Source: an uncultured Anaerolineales bacterium | GTDB lineage: Bacteria > Chloroflexota > Anaerolineae > CG2-30-64-16 | Direction of reading: 5' to 3' | Assembly: GCA_964566325.1 (NCBI GenBank) | Contig: CAZMIS010000003.1 | Span: 1-33,549 of the forward strand | Length of the DNA: 33,549 nucleotides | In this document: positions 32,223-33,549 of the stretch, one piece after another | Numbering within the stretch: position 1 is the stretch's first letter | Layout of the letters: every line of letters starts with the position of its first letter | Program-made: the position numbers and the translations under genes | The notes under the pieces: generated by a model | Told to the model about the DNA's origin: nothing | Seen by the model: the letters and a program-made list of their open reading frames with translations, nothing else | Database searches by the model: none

Positions 32223-33044
32223 ATGAAGCGACTCCGAGAATGGGGCTGGGTTCTGGTGGCGGCGCCGTCGCTGGCGGTCGTGGTGGCCCTCTTCTTCGTG
32301 CCCTTCGTCCGGTCGGCGATCACCAGCTTCCAGGACGAGGCCGGGGTATTCACCCTCGACAACTACGCCACCGCGTACCGGCTCTATGCCGCCGACGTGG
32401 TCTACACCATCTTCGTATCCGGCGTCAGCCTGCTGATCGTGCTGATCATCGCCGTGCTGGTGTCGGGCTTCGTCCGCATCTACGGCGGAAAGTGGGTCGA
32501 GTTTCTGTTCAAGATTCCCCTCTTCGTGCCCTTTGTGGTGGTGGGACACGCGATGCGCGTCTTCCTCGCGCCGCATGGCCTGCTCAACTCCACTCTGGCG
32601 CAGGTCGGGCTGGTCAACCTGGACAACCCGCCGTCGATCGCGTTCACGTGGGTCGGCATCTCGGTGGCGCTGGCCTGGAAGAACATGGCGCTGGCAACCC
32701 TGCTGATCCTGGGGGCATTCGAGAGCGTGGGCAATACGTACCTGGAGGCCGCGCGCAACTTCGGCGCAGGCTGGTTCCGCCAGGTCAAGGACGTGCTGCT
32801 GCCCATGTCGCTGACCTCCATCGCGGTGGCTGCCGTGCTGATCTTCACCTCCATGCTGGCCTCCTTCTCGATCCCGATGATGATCGGCACGGGCAAGGGC
32901 GCGCAGATGCTCATGATCGACGTCTACTATCGGATCGTCTACCAGCAGGATTACGGCGTGGCGAATGCGCTCGGCGTGGTCTCCTACATCACGGCCATGG
33001 GTGCTGCGATCTATTACCTGCGATCCGTCACCAAGCGAGGGTAG
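32223..33044 (+). CDS. ABC transporter permease (binding-protein-dependent inner-membrane component)
   Basis: 273 aa, 6 predicted TM segments, with the EAA-like region YLEAARNFGAGWFRQ. Confidence 0.85.
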   Translation: MKRLREWGWVLVAAPSLAVVVALFFVPFVRSAITSFQDEAGVFTLDNYATAYRLYAADVVYTIFVSGVSLLIVLIIAVLVSGFVRIYGGKWVEFLFKIPLFVPFVVVGHAMRVFLAPHGLLNSTLAQVGLVNLDNPPSIAFTWVGISVALAWKNMALATLLILGAFESVGNTYLEAARNFGAGWFRQVKDVLLPMSLTSIAVAAVLIFTSMLASFSIPMMIGTGKGAQMLMIDVYYRIVYQQDYGVANALGVVSYITAMGAAIYYLRSVTKRG

Positions 33045-33047
33045 AGC

Positions 33048-33549
33048 ATGACACGCGTGAAAATCGTTCGCATCATCCTGATCGTGGTCGCAGCGTTCGT
33101 CATCTTCGGCCCGCTTTCCAGCCTGGTCATCTGGTCGGTCGCGGAGAAGTGGTTCTGGCCCAGCGTGCTGCCGCAGGAGGTGGGCCTGTTCTACTGGGGC
33201 AAGGTGTTCCAGGGTCGCATGGTGCAGGCACTGGAGGTCGGCGTACTGATCGCCGTGGTCGTCACCGCGCTCTCGCTGGTGATGACCGTTCCGCTGGGCT
33301 ATGTGCTGGCGCGCTTCAACGTGCCCTTCAAGGCGCTCATCCTGCTCATCTTCATGCTGCCCCAGGCATTTCCGCAGTTGCCGGTCTTCGCCAACGCCAC
33401 CGTCTATCTCTATCGCGCCAACATGGGCGGCAAGGTCTCCGGGGTGATCCTCATCCATATGGTGGGCGCCCTGGTCTACGCGGTGTGGACCATGACCGCG
33501 GTCTTCAAGTCGATTCCGGTCAGCCTGGAAGAGGCCGCGATCAATCTGG
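33048..33549 (+). CDS. Second ABC transporter permease, 3' end beyond the window
   Basis: The ATG lies 3 nt after the previous stop. My translation is MTRVKIVRIILIVVAAFVIFGPL...FKSIPVSLEEAAINL (EAA loop). The frame is open to the window end and is not in the ORF track because no stop is reached. Confidence 0.85.
   Translation, partial: MTRVKIVRIILIVVAAFVIFGPLSSLVIWSVAEKWFWPSVLPQEVGLFYWGKVFQGRMVQALEVGVLIAVVVTALSLVMTVPLGYVLARFNVPFKALILLIFMLPQAFPQLPVFANATVYLYRANMGGKVSGVILIHMVGALVYAVWTMTAVFKSIPVSLEEAAINL

Noticed and set aside
25685-33458. Minus-strand ORFs 25685..27724, 27794..28855, 28810..30330 and 32067..33458
   Set aside because: They are antisense to the binding protein, creatininase-fold, ADH and permease genes. 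The internal repeat seen in 25685..27724 is just the mirror of the 855-bp duplication.
1-33549. Mobile element, prophage or defence island
   Set aside because: No integrase, transposase, terminal inverted repeats, tRNA attachment site, restriction/nuclease or phage-like genes were seen. The content is housekeeping, regulatory and catabolic.

Overview
High-GC bacterial chromosomal segment (about two-thirds G+C by eye, not computed), densely coding on both strands. I support about 33 protein genes plus one decayed gene fragment. I see no rRNA, tRNA, CRISPR array, transposase or integrase. All family calls come from motif recognition in the translations; no database search was possible.

Left part (1-8.7 kb): 3' part of gatB with an apparent frameshift at the window edge, a hairpin-rich intergenic region, a membrane protein, a tightly coupled DUF554 / P-loop kinase / HAD operon, a stand-alone Ppx/GppA-type HD protein, an ABC-F ATPase, a CoA-pyrophosphatase-type NUDIX and an Fe-S aldo/keto reductase.

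Middle (8.7-17.6 kb): two OmpR-type response regulator / histidine kinase pairs, the second kinase lacking any TM or sensor region. Between them lie a three-gene module of unknown function (Cthe_2159-type beta-helix lipoprotein + VTC/CYTH polyphosphate-polymerase-like domain + DUF4956 membrane protein), an rnk-like gene and two small hypotheticals.

Right part (17.6-33.5 kb): an ABC-ATPase remnant, a hydantoinase-like amidohydrolase and a transaldolase. Then comes a LacI-family gene behind a perfect consensus promoter with a 14-bp palindromic operator. It is followed by two Zn-ADHs, a Gfo/Idh/MocA dehydrogenase, a sugar ABC importer, a creatininase-fold protein, an MBL hydrolase and a second ABC importer that runs off the window.

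Most notable observations:
- The sugar-binding lipoprotein is an in-frame 855-bp tandem duplication (two complete binding modules) with a 413-bp perfectly identical core and diverged flanks.
- The VTC/DUF4956/beta-helix module has no function I know of.
- An IolG/IolM/IolN-like (Thermotoga-type) cyclitol gene set is present without the classical iol genes.
- A GTGyTATAAT extended -10 element recurs at four promoters.

Many long ORFs in the supplied track are antisense shadow ORFs typical of high-GC DNA and were rejected.
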